Source: Styela clava | Lineage: Eukaryota | Assembly (NCBI RefSeq): GCF_964204865.1 | Contig: NC_135254.1 | Span: 11,160,001 to 11,224,000 of the forward strand | DNA: 64,000 nucleotides | Direction of reading: 5' to 3' | Shown here: positions 14,001 through 27,300 of the stretch, piece by piece | How the letters are laid out: each line of letters starts with the position of its first letter | How positions within the stretch are numbered: position 1 is the stretch's first letter | Made by a program: the position numbers and the translations under genes | Notes under the pieces: model-generated | Told to the model about the DNA's origin: nothing | Databases searched by the model: none | What the model saw: only the letters and a program-made list of their open reading frames with translations

Positions 14001-15879
14001 ATAATTAGATACAAAAAATGGATGTTGGATTCAGTTGCTAGCTCTTCCAAAGCAAGCAATTAATACGCCGAATTGCTGTGTGGTTCAAGCATGTAACGAT
14101 ATAAGTCACTCATACATTATGTGCTTACATGCAGAATTCATTCATACAGATTGCAGTTGACGTATATTTGGGATGGATAAAAATTCTGAAATGTCAAAAT
14201 CCCTCATATTTAGATTATTTTTCGCATAATTTTTACAAACATTGTTTTACATCAGAGACGGAGACGTTCAACAAACAGCTTTCGGGCCACAGTATGTTTC
14301 ATGTAACATATTCACATGGCTTATAACATAGTATTCCACTAATTTAATAATGCATTTAATAATGCTTTTCCTTATATGTGACAGCCAAACTTTGTTTGTT
14401 AATAATAAGGCGAGTGTTGCAAGTTTGTAAAGTTAGAATGTAAGAAGCAACATGAAGAAATTTGATTACAAAAAGCAGAAGTGTAATACAATAGTCATTG
14501 AAATAGTTCAATGTTCAATACAACCAAGATGTGATGCAATGCAACACTATTGTATAAAAACTTTGCTTTGTACTTAGCTAATGGACTGTTAGAAGATTTG
14601 GTTACCCATGAAGGCAACAAGATATTGATAAATATTGACAAGAATCATTTGATTGGCTAAAAATGTCTGGCATATTTGTCAATATAAGTAAACACAGATT
14701 GGTTACAAATAAAATAACTCTAACCTTGTCCGCATTTATCACATAAAACAATTTCATTCGGTGGATCAGAAGCTCCATCTCTACATAAAACACAAGTAAC
14801 ATCTGACAATTCATCTTCATCTTCCTCTTTAACAATTTTACCATCTTTTGCATCAGAATCTTCAGATAAATTAATATGATGCAAGTCTTTGAAATAAACC
14901 CAGAATTTGGAATCATCCTCAAATTTCATTTCACATTGCAGACCATGATCATATACCTATAAGAAATGTGAATAATCGAAGAATAAAGCATACCATAGTA
15001 CCAGTATACCTTATAGTAAAATGCAATTACCCTTTATCTAAACAGTTTAACCCGAACTGTGTAATATCTATGGACTAATTTTCATAAAAAATAGACCTAA
15101 AATTTAAAATTATTAGGTATAAATAAAAAAAAATTAATTTATAGTCAAATCATATACGATGAGTTTAAATTTCATTTACGGTAAATTATAATTTTCCCAG
15201 AATTGTTCACCCCTGTAAAATAAAGAATTTCAATTAAATAAGTTTCAAGTCAAAAGAATATGAAATTACGTAATAAAAACTTTCTTACATCACATATTGT
15301 GCCGAGATAATAAAGTCCATCTGACCACCTCGCTAAAACTTCCTGACCAGTTTTGTATTGCCCAAACATTTTACGATAAACATTATGTGCGGAATTTGCA
15401 TGCATACGAGAGCTATATCCTTCGATTTCTCTTTTGTTTTGCAATTTTTGGTCGGATTTCTGATCAGGATGTTTAATTTTTTCTTCAATAGCTTTGAGAT
15501 TTCCCTTGAAGTTAGTTTTTTTAGGCGATGGTTCATTTTTATGAAATCCGTTTAAAACCATATGAGGTGATGATGAGCATTGAGCAAGTTGCCCAGATGA
15601 ACCAAATGATTTTATCTTCGAATATGCTTCAGTGACAGTTTTATCTGTTTGGTTTACAGTCTCTGACAATCCATTCATAACTGGTAACACAATTTTTGCT
15701 TTGCATGGGCTGAGCGATCCCAATTTTCTTTTTGAAATTTTCGTTGGTGATGCAGGTTCTTCCATACCGTCATTTACTTTATGCAAAGACGCCAATGCAT
15801 GCCCATGCTTCGAAATAGAAGCCGTTGCAGTCAAAGGCTGAGATGCAGTACTATGAGAGGTATTTTTATTACGTACCAT
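8046..15879 (-). CDS. Polycomb-like protein (PHF1/MTF2/PHF19 homolog): Tudor, PHD1, PHD2, EH winged helix, C-terminal chromo-like domain; about 14 coding exons
   Basis: In-frame exons: 15879-15289 and 14956-14725 (Tudor [24 protein letters not shown]; PHD1 [16 protein letters not shown]), 13931-13797 (YHQECH..WQCRNC), 13530-13445, 13021-12940 ([26 protein letters not shown]), 12435-12324, 12131-12011, 11652-11579, 11158-11000 ([10 protein letters not shown]), further exons near 10440, 9940, 9190, 8700, and last exon about 8253-8046 ([27 protein letters not shown]). A probable non-coding 5' exon ends near 19320. Confidence 0.93.
8505..8622. mobile_element. Decayed hairpin MITE in the last intron of the Polycomb-like gene
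   Basis: Contains tgtgcgccatcttggtgcacatacttc, identical to the 3' arm of the 23946-24035 copy. Confidence 0.65.
11245..11533. mobile_element. MITE family with AGGGATG(T/A)(C/A)CAAA termini; related copy at about 55300-55650 and a partial copy near 57484
   Basis: agggatgaacaaatcgg / ttttggacattcctg ends with internal cgaatattcg-like motifs; similar ends cagggatgtccaaaacg / ttttggccatttctg at 55300-55650. Confidence 0.5.
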
Positions 15880-16307
15880 ACTGCAAACAATTATTTGTTA
15901 TATTCTGTATGAAAGAAAGAAAATTAGGATTCGCAACAAATGGCCTAGTGGAAAACAAGAGAGCAATACTTAAATGGACATAAAGGTACAATTATGAATT
16001 ACATTGAGCAAATCTGAACAATAAAGTGCTGGGTGCAAAACATATTAGTACAGGCATTTCAGTATGAGTACACTAGAGCCCCCTGAAATTGCACACGCGC
16101 GAAATCCATTTTGCACTCCGAAAAATATGTGATTACCCAACAGTATATCTGACAGTCCGAAAGGTAGTGGAATGAAACAGCCACCAAGAAATAGTGCTGA
16201 CTAGTTCTAACTTCTTATACGTCAAACTGATCTTTCGGCTTCATGAACACAGCAAAATGAACCAAACCAAAATATCACACACAATAAGTCTGAAGTGTTA
16301 TAATATA

Positions 16308-17454
16308 CCGTATTTATTCGATTATAACGCGCAAAATTTTGAACTGAATTTTAGGCAAAAATCAATGCTGCGCGTTATACACGAGGTCTGAGAAATGCGG
16401 TATTGAAAATGTGGTTTTAAACATCTGAAACGTGCGTGCGCTCGCGCAAGCACATTCCAATGCAGGACGATTTCGTGCAAGCACACGCGACAGCTCAGCG
16501 TGCGTTTGACATTCGTGCAAGCGTTCGATTTCGTGCAAGCACACGCACATGCGACAGCTCAGCATGCGTTTGACATTCCCGCTGCGTTGAGAATATTTAT
16601 TTGCCATTATCGTACTGTACTGTAGATACCCATTATATATTACCCATTATCTATTATGGCAAGACAAAAACGTTCTGCATATAGGGCTGCATTCAAACTG
16701 GAGGTTGTTGATTATGCGGAAACTCATGGAAATAGAAAAGCTTCTAGAGAATTCAAGAGAATTCAATGTACCAGAGACAAATGTCAGAGATTGGAGAAAG
16801 CAGAAAGTTGTTCTAAAAGATATGAACAAAACAAAGAAAGCGCGGCGAGGGAGACAAGCCCGGTACCCAGAGTTGGAGAAGGAGCTTTATGATTGGATAG
16901 TTGATCAAAGATCTAGTGGGTACATGCGTACATCGTCACTTCGCTCCATATTAGACTCCGTGCACAAAAGATTTGCAAAGATTCAACCTTTAAAGCATCT
17001 AATGGTTGGGCACAAAAGTTTATGAGAAGGCATGGACTTGCACTACGCCAGAAAACAAAAATTGCACAAAATTGGATTTAGAAGTTAAGTTTTTTAAAGA
17101 CGGGCATTAGCAATAGTATGGATGGTACAGAAGACGACTTGTTGTGGGATTCAAAATCAGGGTCAGAAGAAGAGGTTGAAAGTGATGTTCCCGCCGATTG
17201 GGACACTGATTTAAACATGACCCAAACAGAAATCGAACAGTTGTTTGGTGAATCAGAGACTGAATCCGATTTTGAAGAGTTTTGAATTACTGTGTGCTTT
17301 TAATAAATTTTTGTTCATGCTGTGAGTTGTTACCTTATGTGCTTACCAGTAGTTAGTAGAGAAAAAATAAAAAAAAGAATTTTATACCAATTTTCATTCA
17401 AAATTTAAAGGTGCGCGTTATACACGAGTGCGCGTTATAATTGAATAAATACGG
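16308..17454 (+). mobile_element. Internally deleted pogo/Tigger (Tc1-mariner superfamily) DNA transposon
   Basis: 26-bp TIRs CCGTATTTATTCGATTATAACGCGCA / TGCGCGTTATAATTGAATAAATACGG with TA on both sides. Transposase remnants: Brinker-type DBD (MARQKRSAYRAAFKLEVVDYAE, from 16656), CENP-B-type HTH (YPELEKELYDWI) and C-terminal FLKTGISNSMDGTEDDLLW. The DDE core is missing. Confidence 0.9.
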
Positions 17455-17734
17455 TACATTCTCTTAATTTGGAGATGCTTGGGAGATTGTTTGAAATCAT
17501 GGTGACTACAGGCACAGTATATTCAGATATTCCAGTACGGCACAGTTCAGCAGTTCTTTGATTCAAGAATTGGCACCACAATGAAAAACATCTATTATAA
17601 CAGTGCATGCAAACCCCTCCTTTACGGAAAAAGGTGAGCCTCGACATCGGCGCAAATCGATTAACCAAAGGCGCAATAACGCAATTCTAAAAACTTCACC
17701 CTCGGATTCTTTGGAAATAAATAATCCGATTCAC

Positions 17735-18381
17735 AGACCAGTCTGGATTTCATGGCCTTTTCGAACTAGAAATCGGGCATGCAATCAGAAATTCCCGCGT
17801 GCCAATAAGAATTTCTGGCGTGCAATTATAGCTCACGGCGTGCAAAACAACTGCGCCCGCTAAACTGATTTCGACCTAAGATACCTCTCAATACATCCGC
17901 GTAAAAATAAGTTGGATCATAGCAAAAATGGACGTTTGACCTTTGACCCCCAAACCATCATTTCTATATTTTGTCACTAATTTTGAGAGTGTTTGTGCGA
18001 CTTTAGATACCGGTACTGTTCAGTACATCCGTGTAAAATTATTGTATTAAAAATACGCTGAATCAGAGCCATAACTGGCCAGCGTCGGTGAGGAGGCGAT
18101 TTTTCTCACGGGATTCCTATCATTCAACACGATATGGTGATTTTTGCTTCGCATTTTTCGATCAGGCCAAATCTTGCAAGCAAGTATTAGTCGACAATTG
18201 AAAAGTTATAATTTTTTGGCATCTTTATATTACTAGATTATTGATTTAAAAACTATTTAAACCGATTTACATTGGTGAGCAATTGCAAATTTTCGGCGTG
18301 CAAAATTGAATTCGCTCGCGTGCATTTTTGTGGAGCGCTAGCGCCCTCGGGCGTGCATCTGCCATGGAATCCAGTCTGGTT
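17735..18381. mobile_element. Non-autonomous inverted-repeat element rich in GCGTGCA motifs; related fragment at 16071-16135
   Basis: gaccagtctggatttcatggc pairs with gccatggaatccagtctggtt; 16087-16123 is an imperfect inverted copy of 18291-18327. Confidence 0.5.
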
Positions 18382-20814
18382 TACAGAGGGAACAAAAAAT
18401 TTTAGTAGCATTCGAGAATTTTTAAACAAGATTTTGATCACATGAAATCATATAAAGTAACAGTATAAGTTTATTTTGACTCCATATTCTGCATAAAAGA
18501 CCATAAAACAATTGCTGAATTGATAAAAACAAATAAATAAAACTGATTACAGAATCCTGGAATCAGGCAAACAAAACTTTAATAAGGAGGTTCAAAATGT
18601 CCGATTCTCAACGTGAAGGCAGCCACATGTCACAGCCGATTTAAATTATTATCAAGACAAGAATTTCGAATCTTACGCATCTGAAGTCAGGAAATTGTCT
18701 GGTTCTGCTATACTTCCACGTTCAGACATTTCAGAGACAGAGCATGTTTATTGAGCCAAATGTTGGGACAGCTGGACAGATTGGAAAACTGAGGACTGAT
18801 AACTTTGGTGTGAGGGATTTATATTTGAGAATCAAACTTTAAGGCCTACGGTACAGTATGATAAGTATATTTTGATTTTCCCGCAAAAAAAAAAATTACA
18901 CACAAAACACAAACAATGCACACAGAGAAAATTGGAAAAATCAGGTAAACTGGCAAAACATTTATAACTGTATAAAGATTTAGGCTAATACATGTGAATA
19001 CTGAAATATAGGCTACAGTACATGCGCCAGTTTACCCACATTCAACACACAAATATCAGAAAATATATTCAAAATAAAATAGAAAAAGTTTATTTCGACT
19101 CCATAATAATCTAACCCATTAGGCCTACTGCATTATATTAAAATGAGGTTATTATTATCATCAGTTATATTATTATAATATTTTATACCGTACATATCTG
19201 CAGACTGCATATCATACCAGCATGAGAATGTACGGTAGGTACCGGTACGGTACCGTGTGGTACCACTGTATCCTGGTATCGGTTTCTCATTTGCTTCGAC
19301 TGCTCGATGCTTCGGAAATACCTGTATATACAATTTAATCAGTGTAAAATCTGAGAAAACATGTAAATCCCAAAAGCTAAAACTGACAAAACCTTCCAAA
19401 GCAAAACAATGCTCTGCTCGCCACCTCCCGCGCGTTGTAGTCTCGAAGACAGCCTGACAATACATGTAAATTCAAGAGAAAGTTGCAGGGATTTGATAGG
19501 ATTCTCCACATTATGCCTTTACGGTCTAAAATACGAAATCTAGAAAGAAAAAATATTATACCAGTTTATTTTACCAGTCTACTTCATCTGTCCGAGAATG
19601 TAATAAAATCATTTGCAAATTGACATCCGCTACAATCATTGTTTAGGCCTTTGCAAATTTATAAAGCCTGCTCAATTGGCACTCTTCGATCAAAATATTA
19701 CTCATTATTCTAAAAAAAAATTTTCACAGTTCATTTATTTTTTTTCAAATTATCTTTGTTTGGTATATATCACGATAATACGGACACTTTGGTTATTCTG
19801 AAAAGGCTGTTATCGGCCATGATGTACCGCATGTGCCCCAAGCCGGTCCCCAATGTACGTAAATTACCGACAGGAGATTGTTATTTATTTCAAGTATTTT
19901 CGAAGAAGCAATAAAAAGACAAAATCGAAATATTGTGCGTCCCACTTTAAATCACCTCAAGTTTTTGCACACGGTAGGCCTACAACCAGCTAACTAATCC
20001 CATCCTATATATTAGGAAACAGCTGATTTGGAAACGACTGTTGCATATCATACAGATCGAACAACTCGGAAATAATTTCAAAATAATGATCCTTATCTTT
20101 CGATGTGAGTCAATGGCGCATAACCTGCGTTCAAGATTGTTTTATCTTAGTAAATATCGTTGCAAGATGCAATGAATTCAATTTGCAACGCTAGTTTTAG
20201 GTGTCACATGAGTTTTAAGGAAGCAAGCTCGTGGGCAATGGTACGATGCGCACCTTCGTTATTTAAACTTCCCAGGAACAAGGCTCCTATTAAGTAGATG
20301 TGTATGGAAATACAGCTATTAACGAACGAGAAATGTCTATCTACCCCATTTATTACACTCGAGGTGATGGTGGTACCGGTGTAGGATTTTGAAACGCAAC
20401 GTGGATTTCTGCTGGAAATTGATATGTACCTAGAAGTCGGTGCTTATTTTCTTCAATAAAATTTATTGAAAAAAAAAATTATATTACTGTTGTAAATATG
20501 TCATTTTTTTAATAAATTCACAATCGCGATCAGACTAATCCAAAATTCATCTTCGTTCTAATCAGATTACGGTACGTTTTGCACATTGTGTAAATAGCTT
20601 TTTATAAACCGAGAGTTCAATAAAAAAAAAGAATCTGTGACAATTTATGTATTTATTCATGTGTTGGATTGGGTGACTCAGATGACCGTAAATGGTCGTA
20701 TTGTTACCTCCCAGTCATACCAAATACTTTTGTTTTACTTATATTATGTGTATTCTGGTTGACGAAATAATAAATTCTCTCGCTCTCTCTACTCACTCGG
20801 TGCTGCCTTTCTTT

Positions 20815-21065
20815 AGAATGCCGTTCCCATGGCTACCTCACTTGACGGGGGCCGGGAGTCCGATTTTTGCATGTTATGAGTGTTGTTGTTGCTGTGAATT
20901 TCTCGATGTTTGACTTTTATTTTCTTCTGATTACCCTAGACTTAATCACAGGTGTCACTGCTTGATAACCAGTATTGGTACTTCCCGCCCCCCTCCACCA
21001 TGTAATAATATTTTTACGTTTTTTTTTTGTACAAAATGTATTTACATGATGGTGAAAAAAAATAG
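20815..21065 (+). repeat. 3' end of a retroelement (LINE or SINE); second copy at about 53750-54042
   Basis: Shared atg(c/t)cgttcccatgg(c/t)tac...ctgacgg...ggtgtc(a/g)ctgct..taaccagt.ttggt...ggtgaaaaaa; the second copy ends aataaa(ttactga)2, a short-repeat tail as in L2/CR1-type elements. Confidence 0.55.
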
Positions 21066-22298
21066 GATACCGATTGTTGAGTGCACAGGCACCTAACCAT
21101 TTGCTGCGGTAAGATGGTCCACCAGAATGCAGACCCATGGAACGATAAACTGGTGCTGTTTAACTATCGCGGTACTGCCTTTGGACTGCTAACTGCACTA
21201 GAGTCTGTGGTTTGCCGAATGAATAACTTCTTTATTATTACGCAAAATAAATTGCCTGATGGATCTGCATATTTAGGGTTGCCATACCGTCCGGAAAATT
21301 CCGGACATGTCCGGAATTTAGGGTTAAATTTTACGTCCGGGAGGAATTTTAAAAAATGCTCAAATGTCCGGAATCCGGAATTTTACTGCATCTGCAATCG
21401 TACTGTGCACACTGCTAATACTATGAGGTTGTGTGGAATTATGATGTAACAGAGCGTTTTCCTTATCAATGATGTTTACCACTTAGAACTTTCTGAATAT
21501 TATTCGCTGACTGTTTTACCCGTTTAGTTGAGCAGCTGCAAGTGTATTTGATAGCAATTAGTTCCATGTTAAGTTAGCAGAATACAAAAGTTTTATACCA
21601 CGAAGCTTTACTTGTGGATTTTTTTATTTGAATAAGAAGCTAGTCAGGAATTCGGGATCGAAAGTGCTAGTCCCTGAAGCCATTTGGTTCAGTTAGTCTG
21701 GTGGTAAATTACTTTGTTTTCTAGAGTACTTCTGTTTTACTCAAAAAGATTTTCCCTGATTCTAATGTAACGAGGAAGTTTAGTAGTGGCCGCATAAAGA
21801 CAGAAAAAGTTGTTACTAGCTTACTTGCGCAATATTCTATTGATGCTGTTCTGAAAAGTTTTGAAGAAAACGATATCGCAACGATTTTGGCGTTGCAATG
21901 AACTGAAATTATTTCCTACAATTATTCAATATTTTGACTGGAGGAAAGGTGGTTTGCAATCAAAATTGATTGAGTTTACGAACAAGGCAAACTAGACTGC
22001 CGACACAATTGCCACTTATGTAATAGACACCTTAGAAGAAATGATGCTTTTGAAAAAATGTGTGGCATTTACAGGAGACAACTGTAAATGCCCCATTGAG
22101 GAGAATTTGATCTCCAGAAAAATATGCATGGTCAGAAGAGTAAATTTGTAGTGACTTGACTTACAAGCGTGCCTGTAATTTGTTTTAAGCATGTAATTGC
22201 TGTTCTTCCATTTTCCACTCTGAAGTTGAGATTTATTTAGAGCTATATTTAGAGAATGCTTACCCGCCTGGTGTGAGATTCTGCTTGTGACTGAAGAC

Positions 22299-23890
22299 TA
22301 GGCTTGCACGTAATTTACGGAATTATTTCGAGTTACGGAAGCGAAGTTACGAATTACGTAAAGTCGTAATTATTGGTCGAGTGCTTTCGCGATTGCAACG
22401 AGCTCTCTTCAGAGCAGTCAATTCCGTCAATTGTAAAAACTTAAGTGTAAGTAAAAGAAGTCAGAGTTCCGGTATTCGCAGCCGTTTTTCTCTCTCTGTA
22501 AGGCAGATGGAGAAGGCATAACGCGTCATCTACTAACCTATTATCAACTTATCTAGGATGGCCAATGTTCATATCAACCGTAGATAAGGAATAGAATGGT
22601 GTTGAGACCGATGGACGTCAACACACCTGGTTTCAACTTCTTCGGGTGAAATGACTAAAGAATGTAAGAGATCAACTTATAAAACATGGTCTATTTGTAA
22701 ATGCCATAATAATTAATGTCGCGCTTATCAAACAGCAATATAAAGACGGAAGAGAAATTGCGTAATGAACCAACGCAACTTAGTCTTTTCGGCATCGGTA
22801 AAGCGATTGAGACGGCAGAGAAACAACAATACGACGGGATTTCCCGTGTTTATTCTGCGCGAGATCCATTTTCTATTACAAAATCTTGATGTTCTGTTAC
22901 CGATTTTATCTTTATATATCTGTCCGGTCTTGGCATTGCTCAATATTTTTTTTTCACAATGCCTCGCAATATGTCGGCCAAATATGATTACCTGTCTTTA
23001 CCAAATGCGGCAACTTATTTTGATTTATCGTCGACTCGAATTCCACCGGCACTCGACCAAACTTGTGTCAATCTTGGCAAATAGGATTGTCGACTTGAGT
23101 TAGAAAAATAAATTAATATTTTCATGAGTGCAAAATAAATGTCACAAAATGCATTGTTTTGCGATATAACTTTGTATTTTCGGAGAAGGCATGTCATATA
23201 AGTACGGTATTTTGAATAATGCGCAAATAATTAATATTTGATCTAAATTTATCGCAAATAATGTTATAACTTTTAGGCCGCGAAATGAATTAATGTAAAA
23301 TGAAGCATGGAATTCGGAATATCGTCAATAAGTCGGCATCATTATTTATTATAAAATGCTGACTAAGTAGTAAAGTCGGATATTGTAAATTGTAAAAAAA
23401 ACGGTGAAATAACAAGTCTTCGTCGCGAGGCAAGCGAAAGTATAATCAAACGAGAAAATACGCTTGTAGTTGATTAATAAATTAGCAACCCGGAATTTTT
23501 ATTTAATACGAAAGTCGTATTAATACGTTAATACGATTTTAAAAAGTGAACTATCGTTTCTTAAATATATTACCAGTGTTGGTAGTGATAAAATTGATCG
23601 CATAAAATTTGATGATAAAGTTGATAAAGGAAAATCAAGGCTAATACAAATCAGAATAAAATTATTTTGAATTCACTCCTTGATATTTGTCTTTAACATC
23701 TGCCGCCGGCGTGTAGTACTGCCGGGAATATGAAAACCAAACTTCGATGTCCCATTCGGAATAGAAGTGGATTAAATTGGTTGTTATGGTAGGTTTAAAT
23801 GTGTGAAAAAAATTCGCAATTACGGGGTCATTACGTAATCGATTTGGCCGTAATTACGGAATTGATTTTTGTCAATTACGTGCAAGCCTA
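22299..23890. mobile_element. Non-autonomous hAT-type element nested in the 21274-24089 element
   Basis: TIR TAGGCTTGCACGTAATT / AATTACGTGCAAGCCTA; exact 8-bp TSD CTGAAGAC at 22291-22298 and 23891-23898; subterminal TTACG repeats. Confidence 0.9.
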
Positions 23891-23945
23891 CTGAAGACAA
23901 TACTTCTCATTTCGATAGCGCATATATATGGTCTCCTGAAAATAC

Positions 23946-24035
23946 GGAGCTCCTGAAGTATGTGCACTAAGATGGCGCACAACCTGAACATAGTATAGGT
24001 TGTGCGCCATCTTGGTGCACATACTTCGGTAGCGC
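23946..24035. mobile_element. Near-perfect hairpin MITE
   Basis: gaagtatgtgcactaagatggcgcacaacct...aggttgtgcgccatcttggtgcacatacttc forms an approx. 31-bp stem with one mismatch. Confidence 0.75.
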
Positions 24036-24338
24036 CGAAAATATTCATGCACTGTCCGGAATTTTGCTTTGTCAAATATGGTAACCCTAATATATATAAA
24101 CAACCAAATGTAAACCTAATTGATATATTCATAAAAATTATGGAGTGAACGACTGGGGTTGAATAGCAACTATACCACAATAGCTTCCACAACCCCCCAT
24201 CATGAACTTTCAACTCTTGCTGACATGCCCAAATAAGTTTTGAGGACATCAAGCCAATCACATTCAGCTGACAGTGACATTGTGGTGAACTTTGCCAGCA
24301 GTATGAATGATGTATCCCACATGCTATACACATTTTGG

Positions 24339-27300
24339 TCACGTTCCAGGTTCGGATTCTTTCTTATATCTTTTCCAATATTTTTTGACTTGATCATGAG
24401 CAAATCTGTTGACCACCATGTATCGCTTGCCTTCATTCTGCCACACTAAAGCCTGCAATTCCTGATAATTGAAAAAATTCACATTCATCATTATAATTGG
24501 TCAGGTCAAACCCCACAGAAATAGCGCCTTGGTACAATACAAATTTGCTATGGATCAATTTGCAACTTACAATTACAACAAAACATACTTACTTGTGCAT
24601 AGTCTCGTAGAACTTCAAAATCATGTTGAGTTAAAAATTGATTATATAAAACACCTTCCTGATATATCAATCTGTCTCTTTCCATTTCCCATAACCTGAT
24701 TTGATCTTCTAAGGTTGGCGCAAGAATTGGTGTCTGAAGATTTATACTAGATTAATTGGTTGCACTTTGAAAAAAAATAACAATTTGAGAGTGAATTAAT
24801 ATGATAGAAATATCTCATGCATCAATCAGTGGAGAGAAAGAGTTGCAAAAATATTGCTGACAAAAAAGTTTGGTTGCATTTGTCCAGGTCCACAACCATG
24901 TTTATTTATTGAAATATTTCATATGAATATGTTTTTTGCTGTTTGAATAACAGAATGAATTTAGAGTACAGAGTAGTTTATTTAATACAGTATGATGTAA
25001 ATCAATAAAACTTACATTTTTCAACATGTCTGGATGAGCATTAGCTCTAATATAATGAAGAATCTGTTCTGCACTTATACCATTTGCTATCGCAATTTGA
25101 ACACTTTCCCTTGTTAATTGACCAACACATACATTTGGAAATCTAAAAAACCGACAATACTATTAAATGTCGATAAGTCGATAATGTTAACAAATTTTAG
25201 AAGCTAAAATCCTACCTGTACAACAAGTCACAAAATAAAGATAATATTGCATATTGTAAATCTGAACCTAAAAACAAAGATATAGGATAATAACAATCAA
25301 AATGAGTTGCACAGAGAAAAAGCTTGGGATCCATCTTTCCTTAAAAAGCTGGCAATCATAGATTAAAAAAAACTTCAATCATTGCTTTGGTATGTCAATG
25401 TTTAATTCCTGATTTATAAGATTGAATGTTAGTTTATGAGAACAATATAAGTGTACATTATTAAAAGAGTATTTTAGATTCTTTAATGCCATTGCCAGCC
25501 TACCTGTATAGGCATATACTCTATAATTGGTTTCTGCAACAATGAAGCCTTTTTGGTTTGAACTGACTGACGTTTGAGAAAGTCCATTAGCAAGATTTAC
25601 TGCAAGGCGCGTTGGGTAAAATCTTCTTGATGTTCTCTAAACAACAAGTTTTTGTATAGTGGTAACAAAAAATTGAAATTACAAAGATTTCATCTATAAA
25701 ATTAATCATACTTTTCTCTGAAATACAAGCCCCATTTCTCGCAAATGTTGTAGACATTGAAGTACATGATCATCTCTGCCATCTGTCGGTAAATCCTGCA
25801 AATATGTAAGATGAACATCAATGTCTGCTTGAAGGACCCTATTTTAAATTCAACTTTGTGGCTACTTGAAGGTATTAAAGGGTATTGCTTTATGTGTGGT
25901 TGGCGTGTAAGATCTGGTCGTGGTCTGCAGCAGAATTTATAGCACACAGTTCAATTTAATGCCTAAAACAGTAAATTATAGTTTGTTACAAACCATTTCT
26001 AGTGTAGTGAAACTCAATTCAAATAGAAATCGTAGGATAGGAACAAGATTCATCCCCCTCTCCCTGATCCATTTCAAATATTCAAGGATAAAGAACCACA
26101 CCTAAATGCAAATTCAATAAATTATAAGAACGAAAATAACACTTTTATAGATGTAACTTAGAATAAGTTAAATATGCTATTCAATTTGTCACCTGAGATG
26201 GTGTGTCCATTAATAAAAATTGAAATCCTTTGGCAGTTATGAATGGAGCTTCCTTGCCATCATCATCACACATTCTATAACCAAAACAAACAAACAATTG
26301 ACACACAATATTATCAAGTTTTTGAATCTTAAACAACCTTCTTCAATTGACAAGTACGAGTTCCAACAGGTTTCTCAATTTTATAGCACTGCGCTAGATC
26401 GGCAAGAGCTATGCTGGACTTGGTAATCAAAAGTGTACTAGATGTAGGCAGAGGGGATAGTTTATGAAGTCAACTGGGCACTCGTCAGTTTATGAATAGA
26501 TAATAGGTTGTATGATCCAAAGAAGTCTTCTTGCTATAAAAGATCAAACTCCAATTTAGCCATTTAGGATACAAGCAACAACGATATACCTCATCAAACC
26601 AGATTGTAGCATTAATTCTTTTATGTCGCCGCTAACTGCTGCAGATTGTGATCCAACGAGGTAATGTAAAATAACTTCCCATCTTTCAGAAGCATATTTA
26701 TCCAATGCTTCAGCGTCTTTTCTATGTTTATCAGGGCCAAGATTTGTTGTTGTTGACCAGACCTGACCACTGAAAAATTCATCATATACGACATAAGAAT
26801 GAGTTGCTATCAGCATTCAGCATATACTTTCGAAAAATTTGATAGCCTATAACAATAAATACATCTAGAAATATCACCAATTCTAATATTTAACTGAAAA
26901 TATTGCAACTAGGTGCAACTTTGTACATATATAAGTATTGGGGACGGGTGGGTTTCATATCAAACATCCTGGCTGCATCTGAATTCCTATTGCAATGGCT
27001 ACTGTGTATTTTACATTTTAATTCGATGATCTTGAATCAAATGATCAAGCAACATGAAAGAAAAAAATCATAAATGACGAGTAAATAGCCTATATATTAT
27101 ATAAACGTTAGTTACACTTACCCTCCAATCAATGCCTTTTTCAAATTATTTCGAAAAGTTGAACTCAAATTATAAGCCGGCAATCCACCTTGTAATGATA
27201 TTTGCACCCAGACTCTTAAATCACATAGCACCGTAACTGCCTCTTTGTGGTCACTGGAAATGAGAAATATTTAATTGACCAAACACATGGCAGTTGGCAC

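Larger units (their letters stand above)
21274..24089 (+). mobile_element. Degenerate hAT-type DNA transposon with transposase remnant
   Basis: Termini TAGGGTTGCCATA / TATGGTAACCCTA with subterminal TCCGGA repeats. Remnant at about 21743-22090 reads KKIFPDSNVTRKFSSGRIKTE.. and KLFPTIIQYFDW..AN*TADTIA..AFTGDNC (frameshift and premature stop). No clean TSD. Confidence 0.75.

Noticed and set aside
16071-18343. Large CACTA/EnSpm element enclosing the pogo (CACTA...TAGCG)
   Set aside because: The right end is degenerate, no TSD is seen, and it overlaps a better inverted-repeat pair at 17735-18381; left unresolved.
23872-24436. 156-aa and 78-aa - strand ORFs
   Set aside because: Alternative frames over the last GTF2H4 exon, its 3' UTR and MITE sequence.
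26030-26070. taggataggaac...atccccctctccc resembling the SINE tail
   Set aside because: It is coding sequence of a GTF2H4 exon ([13 protein letters not shown] on the - strand).
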